The notes under the pieces: model-generated
The model's input: the letters and a program-made list of their open reading frames with translations, nothing else
Database searches by the model: none
Told to the model about the DNA's origin: nothing
IMG/VR virus record: IMGVR_UViG_3300033233_000004
Location: 1-64,000 of that record
DNA length: 64,000 bases
Origin: a virus
Direction: 5' to 3' (one strand)
In this document: piece after piece, positions 48,759 to 59,578 of the stretch
Layout: every line of letters starts with the position of its first letter
How positions within the stretch are numbered: position 1 is the first letter of the stretch
Position numbers and translations under genes: made by a program

Positions 48759-49722
48759 TCCTACAGTAGTCTAATAAAAACTCTACTGTTTCTTCAAATG
48801 AATACTGTGATCTCCAACCTGTATGTTCACGAAATTTTGTCGTGTCAGGAATCTGTAATGTAACATCAACAGGACGAGAAAGTGACGTATCAAACTTAGT
48901 AACAATTGGGCATTGTGCTTTTGAAATTAGAAGGTCTAAAAATTCACGCACTGTAATAACTTTTTCTCCACCAATATTGTACACTTCACCAACTTGACCG
49001 TACTGCATAGCAGCCCAATATGCAGACATAGCATCTCGAACATCAATTATCGTTCGCACTGAATCCAGATTACCATGTACAAGTTCTTCTTGTAGACCTT
49101 TTTCAATACGAACAATCTGTTTAGCGAATGATGTTGCAAATAAGTCCTCTCTCTTAGGATTCACATAGGTAAACATACGTGTACGGACAATAGGAATATC
49201 AAAAGCGCGATAATAAACATCTCCTAACGCATCCTGAGTCAATTTAGACACAGCGTAGGGGTTAGCTGGACGTAAAGCACATGTTTCTTTGATAGGTATG
49301 TCTTCTTTACCTACTACCCCGTATATCTCAGGCGAGCTACACAATTGAATTTTGGGTAGTTGTCGGTATGGATACATCTCACCCATCATGCGAACTGCTT
49401 CAAACAAATTTGCTGTGCTCATCACATTATTCTGTAGTACAGCCAGAGGAGTATCAAACGAAGCTCTAACATTAGCGTAAGCAGCAAGATGAAAGATATA
49501 ATCTGGTCTCACTTGGTTGAGAATACGCACAATTGACCCCAAGTCCATCAAATCACATTCAAGAACATTAACATCTTTTCTGATTTTATCCAAATTTCGA
49601 TTGTGTGTTGTACTATGCCAACGAGATGTACCATAAACAGCAAGGTCTTGTACATTATCGACTAAATACTCTGCCAAGTAACTTCCACCGCTTCCCGTAA
49701 TCCCAGTAATCAATGCCTTCAT
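48739..49722 (-). CDS. gmd: GDP-mannose 4,6-dehydratase-like SDR
   Basis: ITGITGSGGSYLAE, PYAVSK, GNLDSVR, RPVDV. Confidence 0.8.
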   Translation of the reverse strand: MKALITGITGSGGSYLAEYLVDNVQDLAVYGTSRWHSTTHNRNLDKIRKDVNVLECDLMDLGSIVRILNQVRPDYIFHLAAYANVRASFDTPLAVLQNNVMSTANLFEAVRMMGEMYPYRQLPKIQLCSSPEIYGVVGKEDIPIKETCALRPANPYAVSKLTQDALGDVYYRAFDIPIVRTRMFTYVNPKREDLFATSFAKQIVRIEKGLQEELVHGNLDSVRTIIDVRDAMSAYWAAMQYGQVGEVYNIGGEKVITVREFLDLLISKAQCPIVTKFDTSLSRPVDVTLQIPDTTKFREHTGWRSQYSFEETVEFLLDYCRSVYGSR

Positions 49723-50894
49723 CGCACACTCTTTACTATGTTACTAATACTGTCCACATCTTCCAAAGTCAATTCTGGATAATTTGGTAAAAATAAACCA
49801 CAATCATGAATACAATCAGCAACAGCACCATGAAATTCTCCGTACTGTGATTTCCAAAAAGGATGTAATCCAAGATTGCCAGCACTGAATAGTCTGGTCT
49901 CAACACCATTATCATCAAGTGCTTTCACTATCCTTTTTCTATGTTCAATATCGGATGCTAATACACCAAAAGATATACTTGCTGGTTTATCTCCCATACC
50001 CCACGTTTGAAAACGTAAACCATTTACTCCAAGTAAATTCTTGGCATAACGGATATGATTCATATATCGACGCTGTGCTACCCACTCTGCTTTCTTCATT
50101 TGTTCTGTACCAAGAAACGCTTGTAAATCTGTCGAACGTACATTGAAACCCGGTACAAAAAATGTAAATGGTTGATGAAAATCATCAATGTTATATGATG
50201 TCATCAAATTATCATATACGGAAGTTGAAAGGTCTTTTCCCCATCCATGACTACGTAACATCAATAACAAATGATACAATTCTTCGTCATTTGTATTTAT
50301 CATACCACCTTCAATTGTAGAGAGTTGATGTCCCATGTAGAAACTAAAAGAAGCCATATCTCCAACAGTACCTACTTTTCGTCCACCTGAATATTCAGCA
50401 CCAAGAGCCGCACATGCATCCTCCAATAAGACGAATCCATACTTTTCTTGTAGTTCAATAATTTTGAGTCGATGAGGTATTCCAAGAACTTGAACAAAAA
50501 TAACAATAGCGGGATTGTGCTCAATACAAACTTTCTCAAGAGCATCCAAATCAATTCCAAAAGTTGTTGGGTCAGCATCAATCATAATAGGTATCAACCC
50601 TAATTGCATAACAGGAGCTATTGTTGTTACCCAACCAACGGCAGGAACTACAACTTTCTTATTCTTCAACTTACCTGCTTGTAAGGCTGCATAAACCATC
50701 AACAAATTTGCAGACGAACCAGAATTAACGAACACAGAATACTTTGTTCCGATGTACTGTGCCCATAACGCTTCAAACTCAATAGTCAAAGCACCTTTGG
50801 TCAAACGAGGATACTCTTTAAGCCATTCAACAAGAGAGTCTATCTCGGTTGGTGTAATAGTTTGAAGTGCTAATGGATATCTAAACACGGCCAT
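49719..50894 (-). CDS. PLP-dependent sugar 3-dehydratase (ColD/E1-like, DegT family)
   Basis: NSGSSANL, EDAC, SFYMGHQLSTIEGG (His in place of the Schiff-base Lys), LRSHGW. Confidence 0.8.
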   Translation of the reverse strand: MAVFRYPLALQTITPTEIDSLVEWLKEYPRLTKGALTIEFEALWAQYIGTKYSVFVNSGSSANLLMVYAALQAGKLKNKKVVVPAVGWVTTIAPVMQLGLIPIMIDADPTTFGIDLDALEKVCIEHNPAIVIFVQVLGIPHRLKIIELQEKYGFVLLEDACAALGAEYSGGRKVGTVGDMASFSFYMGHQLSTIEGGMINTNDEELYHLLLMLRSHGWGKDLSTSVYDNLMTSYNIDDFHQPFTFFVPGFNVRSTDLQAFLGTEQMKKAEWVAQRRYMNHIRYAKNLLGVNGLRFQTWGMGDKPASISFGVLASDIEHRKRIVKALDDNGVETRLFSAGNLGLHPFWKSQYGEFHGAVADCIHDCGLFLPNYPELTLEDVDSISNIVKSVR

Positions 50895-50898
50895 AGTT

Positions 50899-52737
50899 TT
50901 ATTCTCCCGTCTGGACGTTGGATTTTACAACATCAGGATAATGTGGATTTCGATAATCATAACCTTCAGCTAATGGAACAACCATATTACCCAACAATTC
51001 GTCTCGATGTATATATGGATACATGTCTTCAATAGGTGTGTTCCACCCAAAAATCCTTGGTTGATATTCATGAAACTCATGACAATTAACATCACATATT
51101 ACAGGCTTATCTTGAGGAGTCTCTAAAACAGACTTAATAACAGAAGACATAATCTTTATGTTGTTAAGAAATAAATAATCAGCCCTAATTCCATATGCCC
51201 GTGCTACCGCTCTAAAATTTGGGGGGTGGTATCCTATGGGGCCACAAGCTTCACAGCGTCCTTGAAAATTAGTTTCTTGAAAGGCTTTCGTAATACCATA
51301 GATGTGATTGTTCATTAGAAATACTTTCACACCCACTCCATAATTAACCAATGTTTGAAGTTCTTGAATATTCATATTCATACCGCCGTCACCTATCACA
51401 CAAATTACTCGTCCTTTTGGATTCTTATTTGCAAACCATGCTCCTATCGAAGCAGCAAAAGAAAAACCCATTGGAGAATTACCATTGTTGGAAAAAAACT
51501 GTTGTCCATATTTGGTCTCAAATGCTTGATTCATGACAACAACATTGCCACCACAATCCGTAACAATAATATCATGCTCATTACACTCTTTAGATAAAAC
51601 CTTAGCAAATACATATGGATGAACGGGTTCAATTTGTAAAGCATATTCCGACTTCATCACAGAATATTGATGTTTCCATCGGTCTACTTGTTGCATCCAT
51701 TGTTCCCACATATTTGTCGAAGGAATGGTTTTCCGACACACTCTTTCAAGAAAAGGTATAATATCACATTGAAGAGTCCTATCAAACTTCACATCGTGTT
51801 CCTTGAAAATACCATCATCAATATTAACAACGTATTTTTTCGCAGAACGCATAAATGAAGAAGGAACACCACCATAAATACGACCAGAAAGACGTGTTCC
51901 AAGAGCAAGCAACAAGTCGCTATTCTGAATTGCAATATTCCGTCCATCGCCACCATATGTTCCAATACGCCCACCATAATAAGGAAAGTCAGAGGTTATC
52001 ACATCCAATGCATTCCAAGTTGGAAATGCTGGTACACCAAGTGCTGTTATAAATGCTCGAACCTTTTCTTTAGCTCCACGAGCACCACCACCGACAATAA
52101 CCACTGGACGCTTTGCTTTAGACAAGTCTGCAAGATACTCTTCAACAAAAGCATTTTGTTGTGTATCAGAACTTGATTGCTGTGATAATGCGGGAAAATA
52201 ACCAAGAACTATATCTGGCATCTCTGCTTTTTGAACATCCAATGGAATATCGAGCAAACACGGCCCTTGTTGACCTGTAAGCATAATATGAATACACTTG
52301 TCCAATTCATATGCAACCTCAGACACACTCTTAACCATAACAGCATACTTAGTAATCGGTTTAACAATACTTACAATGTCTGTTTCTTGAAAAGCATTCT
52401 GACGAATAGATGTAGACTTACGTAAGAACTTTGAGTTTGGTTGTCCAGTAATAAACAAACATGGAATCGAATCATAATAACAATTACCAATAGGAGTTAC
52501 TAAGTTCATTCCACCGGGGCCGCTTGTAGCAATTGCCACTCCAAATTTACCAGATACACGCGAATACGCTTCTGCGGAAAACCCCCCTGCCTGCTCGTGG
52601 AGTACAGCAACATAAGAAGTCTTATCAGTTCTTGTGAAAGCATCAATCAAATCTCCATTAGCAGCACCATATACCACAAACATCTTATCAATACCTGCCT
52701 CAGCGAGACGTTGAATAATGTAATCAGCTACTTTCAC
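50899..52737 (-). CDS. ThDP-dependent acetolactate-synthase-like enzyme (YerE-like)
   Basis: HEQAGG, TSGPG, FQETD, GDGG..MNN. Confidence 0.85.
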   Translation of the reverse strand: MKVADYIIQRLAEAGIDKMFVVYGAANGDLIDAFTRTDKTSYVAVLHEQAGGFSAEAYSRVSGKFGVAIATSGPGGMNLVTPIGNCYYDSIPCLFITGQPNSKFLRKSTSIRQNAFQETDIVSIVKPITKYAVMVKSVSEVAYELDKCIHIMLTGQQGPCLLDIPLDVQKAEMPDIVLGYFPALSQQSSSDTQQNAFVEEYLADLSKAKRPVVIVGGGARGAKEKVRAFITALGVPAFPTWNALDVITSDFPYYGGRIGTYGGDGRNIAIQNSDLLLALGTRLSGRIYGGVPSSFMRSAKKYVVNIDDGIFKEHDVKFDRTLQCDIIPFLERVCRKTIPSTNMWEQWMQQVDRWKHQYSVMKSEYALQIEPVHPYVFAKVLSKECNEHDIIVTDCGGNVVVMNQAFETKYGQQFFSNNGNSPMGFSFAASIGAWFANKNPKGRVICVIGDGGMNMNIQELQTLVNYGVGVKVFLMNNHIYGITKAFQETNFQGRCEACGPIGYHPPNFRAVARAYGIRADYLFLNNIKIMSSVIKSVLETPQDKPVICDVNCHEFHEYQPRIFGWNTPIEDMYPYIHRDELLGNMVVPLAEGYDYRNPHYPDVVKSNVQTGE

Positions 52738-53687
52738 AGACTCTCCCCAGTAAAAGTTTGAATTTCAATAGATTCTAATTCATTGAGTGGATAAATAAAT
52801 TCAGTAGAAGGAAACAATCGCTGTTTTACTTCATCTATGTATGCTTTAATAGCAAGTATGGCAAGTTGCAAAAATCCATCCATACGCTCTTCTCGTCCTT
52901 TTTGAATCATACCATATCCTGAAACTAACTTGGTGAATGCTTTTATAACTTGTGGAATATAACATTTAGCAAAAAGCGGACGAAATTGAGGATACAACCC
53001 AAGTAAGTCATGAATAATAAGCAACTGTCCATCAACATCAAGTCCAGCACCGACACTATAAATAGGAATAAGTAATTCCTTGGCAATAAACTTGGATGAA
53101 AGATTAGGCATGGCTTCCAATAAAATAGAAAAAGCTCCCACTGCTTGTAGTGCTTTTGCGTCTTTAAGAATACCACCAAGACTAACAGCAGTTTTACCTT
53201 GTACACGATAACCACCAAATGTTTGAGTACTTTGGGGAGTAAGTCCAAGGTGTCCCATCACAGGTATACCAGCATCAACCATAGCTTTTACTCGTGGTAC
53301 CATACGTTGACCGCCTTCACACTTCACAGCATCACAACCGGCTTCTTTGATAAAACGTAATGCATTCAAAATTGCTATTTCATCAGAAGGTTCGTAAGAA
53401 CCTTGTGGCATATCTCCAATGACAAATGTGTTAGGAGCACCCCGACGAACTGCTTTCGCCAAAATAATCATCTCATCCATCGTTACTGGATTTGTTGTTG
53501 GATAACCTAATTGGCACATACCACCAGAATCACCAACGAGAATCATGTCAACACCAGCTTGTTCAGCAGCAAAAGCGAGAGGGTAGTCATATGCTGTCAC
53601 CCATGCAACAGGTATTTTATCCAGCTTCATCTTTTGTAACTTAAGAATATTAAGCTTTACCATAATTTTGCTCCTTACACCATGCAA
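52734..53687 (-). CDS. panB: PanB-like ketopantoate hydroxymethyltransferase
   Basis: TAYD, LVGDS, GDMP, VKCEGG, GHLGLTPQ. Confidence 0.9.
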   Translation of the reverse strand: MHGVRSKIMVKLNILKLQKMKLDKIPVAWVTAYDYPLAFAAEQAGVDMILVGDSGGMCQLGYPTTNPVTMDEMIILAKAVRRGAPNTFVIGDMPQGSYEPSDEIAILNALRFIKEAGCDAVKCEGGQRMVPRVKAMVDAGIPVMGHLGLTPQSTQTFGGYRVQGKTAVSLGGILKDAKALQAVGAFSILLEAMPNLSSKFIAKELLIPIYSVGAGLDVDGQLLIIHDLLGLYPQFRPLFAKCYIPQVIKAFTKLVSGYGMIQKGREERMDGFLQLAILAIKAYIDEVKQRLFPSTEFIYPLNELESIEIQTFTGESL

Positions 53688-54672
53688 CTGTCTTCGCCAA
53701 ACCTTCTGCTAAAGAAACTTTGGCTTGCCAACCAAAATCACGTTCTATCTTATCAACAGAAACTGTCCGATAAGGAATCATACTTGGTTTAGTATTATCA
53801 TATATTATCTTCGGTTGAAAACCAGAGATAGTAGTAAGAGCAGTAAGGATATCATTAACCGTAGATACTTCCCTTGTTGCTATGTTATAAGGGTTGCAAT
53901 TATCTCCCTTCTCCACTAAACGAAAAAGACCATCAACTAAATCATCAATGTAAATGAAATTTCTTACATCATTTCCATCTCCCCATACCTCTAAAGGATT
54001 CATCTTGTTTGTAAATTTCAACACAAGAGCAGGAATTACATGTCCTCGCTTCAAATCAAAATGATCGTGAGGCCCATACACGGCTGTTGTTCGAACCAAT
54101 ACAAACTTGGTAAGACCTAATGTAGAATAGAAAGCAGCAGCTTTTTCAAGATATCTCTTCATCCACCCTACACCCATATAGCCTTTCCACGGGTCTCCAT
54201 CAAAACCTGCTTCTTCTCGAACAGGAAATGCTAAATCTGGATACATAGTAGAACTGCCTATAAAACCAAACCTGTCCACACCACTTTCAACTGCTGCTGA
54301 CATCATATTAGTTCCAAGTATAACACTCTCTCGTACAAGTTTAGCAACAACGCTTGCATCGGTTTGACCTGCCGCTCCTGCTGTAGATGAAGCAGCATGA
54401 AAAACTATATCCATACCTTTAGCAACCTTAAGACAATCAGCATAGTCCAACAAATCACAAGGCATAAGCATTAAATTAGGATGCACAATATCAAATTTTT
54501 TAGATAAAAGTACTCGTGGAAGGCCATCACCATAATCACTATATGTAATACTATCACCACGAATAGTAGCATATACAAAAGCCCCTTCGTCTAAAGCCCG
54601 ACGAATAATACCATGTCCGCAAAGTCCTGCACCACCAGTAACAAGAATATTTTTACCAGTAAAGAAACTCAT
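53650..54672 (-). CDS. NAD-dependent epimerase/reductase (Fcl/ColC-like)
   Basis: TGGAG, SSTMYP, YGPHD, HVIPAL, VWGDG; the usual YxxxK reads VGWMK. Confidence 0.8.
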   Translation of the reverse strand: MSFFTGKNILVTGGAGLCGHGIIRRALDEGAFVYATIRGDSITYSDYGDGLPRVLLSKKFDIVHPNLMLMPCDLLDYADCLKVAKGMDIVFHAASSTAGAAGQTDASVVAKLVRESVILGTNMMSAAVESGVDRFGFIGSSTMYPDLAFPVREEAGFDGDPWKGYMGVGWMKRYLEKAAAFYSTLGLTKFVLVRTTAVYGPHDHFDLKRGHVIPALVLKFTNKMNPLEVWGDGNDVRNFIYIDDLVDGLFRLVEKGDNCNPYNIATREVSTVNDILTALTTISGFQPKIIYDNTKPSMIPYRTVSVDKIERDFGWQAKVSLAEGLAKTVAWCKEQNYGKA

Positions 54673-54677
54673 AGAAT

Positions 54678-55658
54678 CTATCCTTTCTTAAATACATCAA
54701 ATCGTTTCTTGAACAATTCTTGATTCTGCTCATACCATGTGTAAGTATCCTGTAAACCCTCCAATAAAGATATTGTTGAATTAAAACCTAAAGACTGAGC
54801 AAACGATGTATCAAGAATACGTCTGACATCACCAGTAGGTTTTGTATCATCCCATGCAACAAGTATATCCTCTTTCTTACTTACTTTAAGTAACATATCG
54901 ACTAAAGTCTTGATAGAATAACCCTGTCCACTACCAAGATTCATGGGTTTAGTAATTTCATTCTCTACAACAAACAACATTCCACGAGCTACATCTTTGG
55001 CATGAATAAAATCACGTATAGCAGAACCATTGCCCCATACAACAAATGGGTTCTCCCCACTAAATAATCTATGAATCAAAGAAGGAACAACCATTGCCGT
55101 AACGGGGTCAAAATTATCAAACCGACCATAAACATTTGCTGGACGAACAATAGACACCTTCTTCCAATCATATTCAATTCGATATGCATCCACATGAAGT
55201 TCACCCATACGCTTTGACCAACCCGCAAACCAATCGTTCTTGGATGGAAAAGTAGACCATACATCGTCTTCTTTCAAAACTTGCCCTTCTCCATAAACAC
55301 CAATTGAACTGGTATACAAATACCACTCAACACCATTACGAAAAGCGGCTTCCAGCATATTAGTATTAAATTGAAAATATGAAGACATGGTTGTTGCTGG
55401 ACGTTCTTTCATAATCTTAGGAGAAGTTTTGATGCCAACCAGATTGAATACGACATCCATACCATTACACGCTTGAACACAGTTAACAGCATCCTTAAGA
55501 TTAAGACGCATATAAGATACTCCGTCAGGTACCAATTCAGGAGAATCCAGTGCAGCTATAGTTACTTTTGCTCCTTTTTCCAACAACAACCGTACTAAAT
55601 ATTGCCCAATCATTCCTGTACCGCCAGCAACCAATATATTTTTACCAGAAAGATTCAT
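54678..55658 (-). CDS. NAD-dependent epimerase/reductase (Fcl-like)
   Basis: GGTGMIG, RPANVYG..DNF, VWGNG; the usual YxxxK reads AGWSK. Confidence 0.8.
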   Translation of the reverse strand: MNLSGKNILVAGGTGMIGQYLVRLLLEKGAKVTIAALDSPELVPDGVSYMRLNLKDAVNCVQACNGMDVVFNLVGIKTSPKIMKERPATTMSSYFQFNTNMLEAAFRNGVEWYLYTSSIGVYGEGQVLKEDDVWSTFPSKNDWFAGWSKRMGELHVDAYRIEYDWKKVSIVRPANVYGRFDNFDPVTAMVVPSLIHRLFSGENPFVVWGNGSAIRDFIHAKDVARGMLFVVENEITKPMNLGSGQGYSIKTLVDMLLKVSKKEDILVAWDDTKPTGDVRRILDTSFAQSLGFNSTISLLEGLQDTYTWYEQNQELFKKRFDVFKKG

Positions 55659-55661
55659 AAC

Positions 55662-56666
55662 TTATAGGTTTGTGAATTGTTTGTTATTATGACCAATAAT
55701 AGAATACGCTTTCACAAGCTCTTGAATACCCATATCCAAAGTATAATAAGGTCTCCAACCTGTAGCTTCAATTTTAGCATTAGATACTATATAGTCTCGC
55801 TTGTCAGGGTCTGTTGCAAAATCATCATACTTTACAACAAACTTAGGTACATATTTCTGAATACGTTCTGTAAGTTCCAATTTACTAAGATTAGCATCAG
55901 ACAAACCTACATTGAACGCCTGACCAACAAATTGACTATACTTATTTATCATATAGATGAATGTCAGGGCAACATCTCTCACATGAATGAAATTACGTTT
56001 GAAATCCTTTTCGAAAAGAACAATATACCCATCCGTAACAGCTTTATATACAAAATTATTTACCAGAAGATCAAGTCGCATCCTTGGAGAAACACCAAAT
56101 GCCGTAGCTAACCGAAGCGTAATTGCTCGACTACTATCAAGCAATATTTGTTCAGCAGCACATTTCGTTCGACCATAATGAGAAATAGGATTTAAAGGTG
56201 TCTCTTCTGTACAATACACACCTGATTCACCAATACCATATCCACTGTTCGTTGTTGGGAAAATAATACACTGCTGTGAAGAAGTATTGTTAAGGATAAA
56301 CTGAATTTGTTCAAAATTAATTTCTGTTGCCAAACGTCTATCTCGTTCACTCGCAGGAAAACCTACAATAGCAGCAAGCGGAATAATAACATCAGCTTGT
56401 TGAATATATGGCAACAAGGTTTTATGGTCACGTACATCACCATGCACAAATTGAAACTCTTTCACATACATGTAATCAGTCAAACAAACTTGTTTGTACA
56501 TCAAGTTATCATAGACCACGAGCTTTGTTAAATCCAGCCGATGACTTTTTTCATCAAAGGAAATAGGAGTATCCCTAAACAAATTGTATTCAGTAAAAGC
56601 AGAAAGTAGTTTACCAACCAAAATACTTCCTACATAGCCAGCACCACCTGTAATTAAAACATTCAT
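55662..56666 (-). CDS. NAD-dependent epimerase/dehydratase
   Basis: TGGAGYVG, YGRTK, RLATAFG.SPRMRLDL. Confidence 0.85.
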   Translation of the reverse strand: MNVLITGGAGYVGSILVGKLLSAFTEYNLFRDTPISFDEKSHRLDLTKLVVYDNLMYKQVCLTDYMYVKEFQFVHGDVRDHKTLLPYIQQADVIIPLAAIVGFPASERDRRLATEINFEQIQFILNNTSSQQCIIFPTTNSGYGIGESGVYCTEETPLNPISHYGRTKCAAEQILLDSSRAITLRLATAFGVSPRMRLDLLVNNFVYKAVTDGYIVLFEKDFKRNFIHVRDVALTFIYMINKYSQFVGQAFNVGLSDANLSKLELTERIQKYVPKFVVKYDDFATDPDKRDYIVSNAKIEATGWRPYYTLDMGIQELVKAYSIIGHNNKQFTNL

Positions 56667-57280
56667 ACGTTCTCTTTCTCTTGTTTAGTATACCACCACA
56701 TATTCCCATGAGAATTTACTTTCATACCAACTATGGCTGCCGATTCAATCACAGCTTTACGTACATTATACGGTTCTGTAATCCAACCCCAAGCTCCACC
56801 ACCAATTAATCCACCGGGAGCAAGTAAAGGCATCCACATAACAATATCATTCTTTACACTTGTAGTTAAATGGTCAGCATTAATCCAAATCATATCAAAA
56901 CTTAAGCCTAAAGCAGAACATTCTTCCACTCCTGCAAGACTTGTCATCCGCAGTGGATATACCTTACTCCAAATTTCAGAATGATAACAATTAGCCAAAA
57001 ACTGTTCAAACATAGTCCGATTAGGATTATCCACCGACTTTGCATCCCAAGTATCTACACATACAACCTCTTCAATAAAAGGAAAATTACATAAATACCG
57101 AGTAGTCATACCTATTCCTACACCAACTTCGGCAACTCGTTTAGGTTCCAATTGATAAAGTAAGTCTGCTAATATGGAACTACCATCTATAAACTCATCA
57201 GAAGTATAAGGAAGAGCAACTACACCTTTGTATATAGATGTAGTTGTAAGTATATCACGAACCGTTTGTCTATTTTCCAT
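56663..57280 (-). CDS. Class I SAM methyltransferase (Methyltransf_24-like)
   Basis: EVGVGIG, VDTW, INADH, LAPGG. Confidence 0.8.
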   Translation of the reverse strand: MENRQTVRDILTTTSIYKGVVALPYTSDEFIDGSSILADLLYQLEPKRVAEVGVGIGMTTRYLCNFPFIEEVVCVDTWDAKSVDNPNRTMFEQFLANCYHSEIWSKVYPLRMTSLAGVEECSALGLSFDMIWINADHLTTSVKNDIVMWMPLLAPGGLIGGGAWGWITEPYNVRKAVIESAAIVGMKVNSHGNMWWYTKQEKENV

Positions 57281-57312
57281 ATTCTACTTTAGATACTAAG
57301 TGAGTATTGGCA

Positions 57313-58668
57313 TTATTTCACACTATCCATAATTTTATTTTCACTATCTTGAATTGTTTTTTGACCACGACTTTTATACCACTTATCTATTTGATTACGT
57401 TTATCCAACCATAATTCTTTTATTTGCGTTCGATTTAAACCACCAGTTTTACTATAATCTATATAACAATGTAAATCTTCATTTTTAGCACGGCATTGAG
57501 CAACATCCCATTTATTAGCTATAATTTCGTCTTCAAAAATTTCAACACCATACTTTTCTCTAAATACCCATAAAGGCGTTGAAGGAAAAGGGGCTAACAT
57601 ATACCAACCAACTTCGTCAGCTTCTGTTTCTTGTACAAATTCTAAACTTTTTTGTTCCGTTTCATATGTACAACCGGGTAAACCAGTTATCATATAAGTT
57701 AGACATTTTATGCCAGCATCTTTAATAGCTTTAATACCTTTTCTATTAGCGTCAACTGTCATTCCTTTATCATTTAATTTCAATATATTATCGTCGGCAG
57801 ATTCCAAACCTATGCAAATCTCAACACAACCACTTTCTTTAAGTTTACTTGCCAATTGTGGATAACGAATAAAATCAGTGGCACGAGTAGTGCATCTATA
57901 AACAACATCTAATTCTTTACTTATCAACAAATCTGCAATCTCTATAGCACGTTTAGCATTAATACTATAAACATCATCATAAATAATAAAACCATCAATA
58001 CCTTTCTTTTTCAATGATTTAATTTCATCAACAACACGTTGTGGAGAAAATGATTTATATTCACTATTTAAAATTGGTTCAGAACAGAAGGTACAATGAT
58101 ACGGACAGCCAAAACTTGTCATTAACGGTTGCGCTCGTTTACCAACAATTGTTAAAGAATATCTATTCAAATCTACAAAGTTTCTATCTGGCATCGGTAA
58201 CCAATCCAAATTTTTAGAATCTTGAATAAAATTACCAATCAAAATTCTATTTTGTGGCATACCGTGCCGACACATCTCTTCTAAAATTGATTCTCCTTGA
58301 CCAAAAACAACATAATCAAACAAATGTTTTGGTAGTACATCTGGAATTTTAAGAACATTTTGCATTGCTGTTACATGCGGCCCACCTCCAATAATAGGTA
58401 CATTAGTAATCTGTTTAATTATTGTAGCAACAGAAAGAGATTCTTCATATTGTGGTGTAGTCAAACTGATTCCAATAATATCTGGTTTAAAATCTTCTAA
58501 TCTTTTTACTAAAGCATCATTACCACCATGATTCAAATCAATTACTTGTGGTTCAGCTACATTTTGCTTTTTTAACCAAGTTGCTAAATATAATGTGCCT
58601 AAACTTGGCCGATCTCCACCGTTTGTTAGCCACTCGTCTTTAACATTAATTAACAGAATTTTTTTCAT
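57313..58668 (-). CDS. B12-binding radical SAM protein
   Basis: N-terminal B12 domain (GGPH..GQGE), CPYHCTFC, GLES. Confidence 0.9.
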   Translation of the reverse strand: MKKILLINVKDEWLTNGGDRPSLGTLYLATWLKKQNVAEPQVIDLNHGGNDALVKRLEDFKPDIIGISLTTPQYEESLSVATIIKQITNVPIIGGGPHVTAMQNVLKIPDVLPKHLFDYVVFGQGESILEEMCRHGMPQNRILIGNFIQDSKNLDWLPMPDRNFVDLNRYSLTIVGKRAQPLMTSFGCPYHCTFCSEPILNSEYKSFSPQRVVDEIKSLKKKGIDGFIIYDDVYSINAKRAIEIADLLISKELDVVYRCTTRATDFIRYPQLASKLKESGCVEICIGLESADDNILKLNDKGMTVDANRKGIKAIKDAGIKCLTYMITGLPGCTYETEQKSLEFVQETEADEVGWYMLAPFPSTPLWVFREKYGVEIFEDEIIANKWDVAQCRAKNEDLHCYIDYSKTGGLNRTQIKELWLDKRNQIDKWYKSRGQKTIQDSENKIMDSVK

Positions 58669-58674
58669 TAAATA

Positions 58675-59409
58675 TCAACCGTTAGTACTCGGAAGAATAA
58701 TATCTTTAATAGATTGATGTATTTCTAAAACAAGAGCCGGGTTATTTAAAGAAGCACGTTGAGCATTTAAAAACCTATCTGGTGGGCCGGGGTCTCCACC
58801 TTCTTTTGTCATATCATCCCTACAAATTTGTCTACGTTCACCACGATGAAGTAGAGCAGCCTCATTAGATACACGCATACTGTTCTCAAACATAATAACC
58901 TCTTTACAGACTGGTATACCAGAGTATTGTCCTTCAAGATGAACATGATACTTTCGAGTTTCATCATAACGTTTTCCAGCTTTAAATAATCTCATCGAGG
59001 GGCCGACAGGCCAATTGAAATAATGATAGGCATCCCTTGCTGTAAACAGAAGCATAAAATCCCAATAAGAACTGGTCTTATGTTCACCAGATTTGAACCA
59101 AGCTGAAAAATTTGTTGTTACTGTCATATCCGCATCTGGTACAAAAATGTAATCTCCTGAACATTGGTCAATACCGTAATTCATTTGAGCACGTGTAAAA
59201 TCCCACGTTCGTTCAAATAAACGAATTGGTATTCTATCTTTATACGAATTAATAATATCAATTGTATTATCCTTACTTCCACCATCGACAAGTACAACTT
59301 CTTTAAGGTCAGGTAATGTTGCAGCAATGTGCGCCATACTTTCCAAATACCATCGTATAACATATTCCTCATCTTGACATATCGTACAAACACTGAGACT
59401 ACTTCCCAT
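58675..59409 (-). CDS. Glycosyltransferase family 2
   Basis: VDGGSKDNT, DAD, VH. Confidence 0.85.
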   Translation of the reverse strand: MGSSLSVCTICQDEEYVIRWYLESMAHIAATLPDLKEVVLVDGGSKDNTIDIINSYKDRIPIRLFERTWDFTRAQMNYGIDQCSGDYIFVPDADMTVTTNFSAWFKSGEHKTSSYWDFMLLFTARDAYHYFNWPVGPSMRLFKAGKRYDETRKYHVHLEGQYSGIPVCKEVIMFENSMRVSNEAALLHRGERRQICRDDMTKEGGDPGPPDRFLNAQRASLNNPALVLEIHQSIKDIILPSTNG

Positions 59410-59442
59410 TCAATACCTCTTTTATTTTTGCCTACGCTCTAA

Positions 59443-59578
59443 TTGACACTCTCCCGATTAAAATCGGGAGATTCTTCAGGCAACGTCGGCTAACATCACC
59501 GGCGTTAGCTGTAAACTTCTATGTACAGAAGCTATGAAACTCCATGTTGGTGAAAATACATCCCGATAAGGAGCTTTA
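59443..59578 (-). mobile_element. IS200/IS605-family right end / omegaRNA-like remnant
   Basis: Minus strand reads GAATCTCCCGATTTTAATCGGGAGAGTGTCAA (hairpin ending in TCAA) with further hairpins upstream; the left boundary is approximate. Confidence 0.6.
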
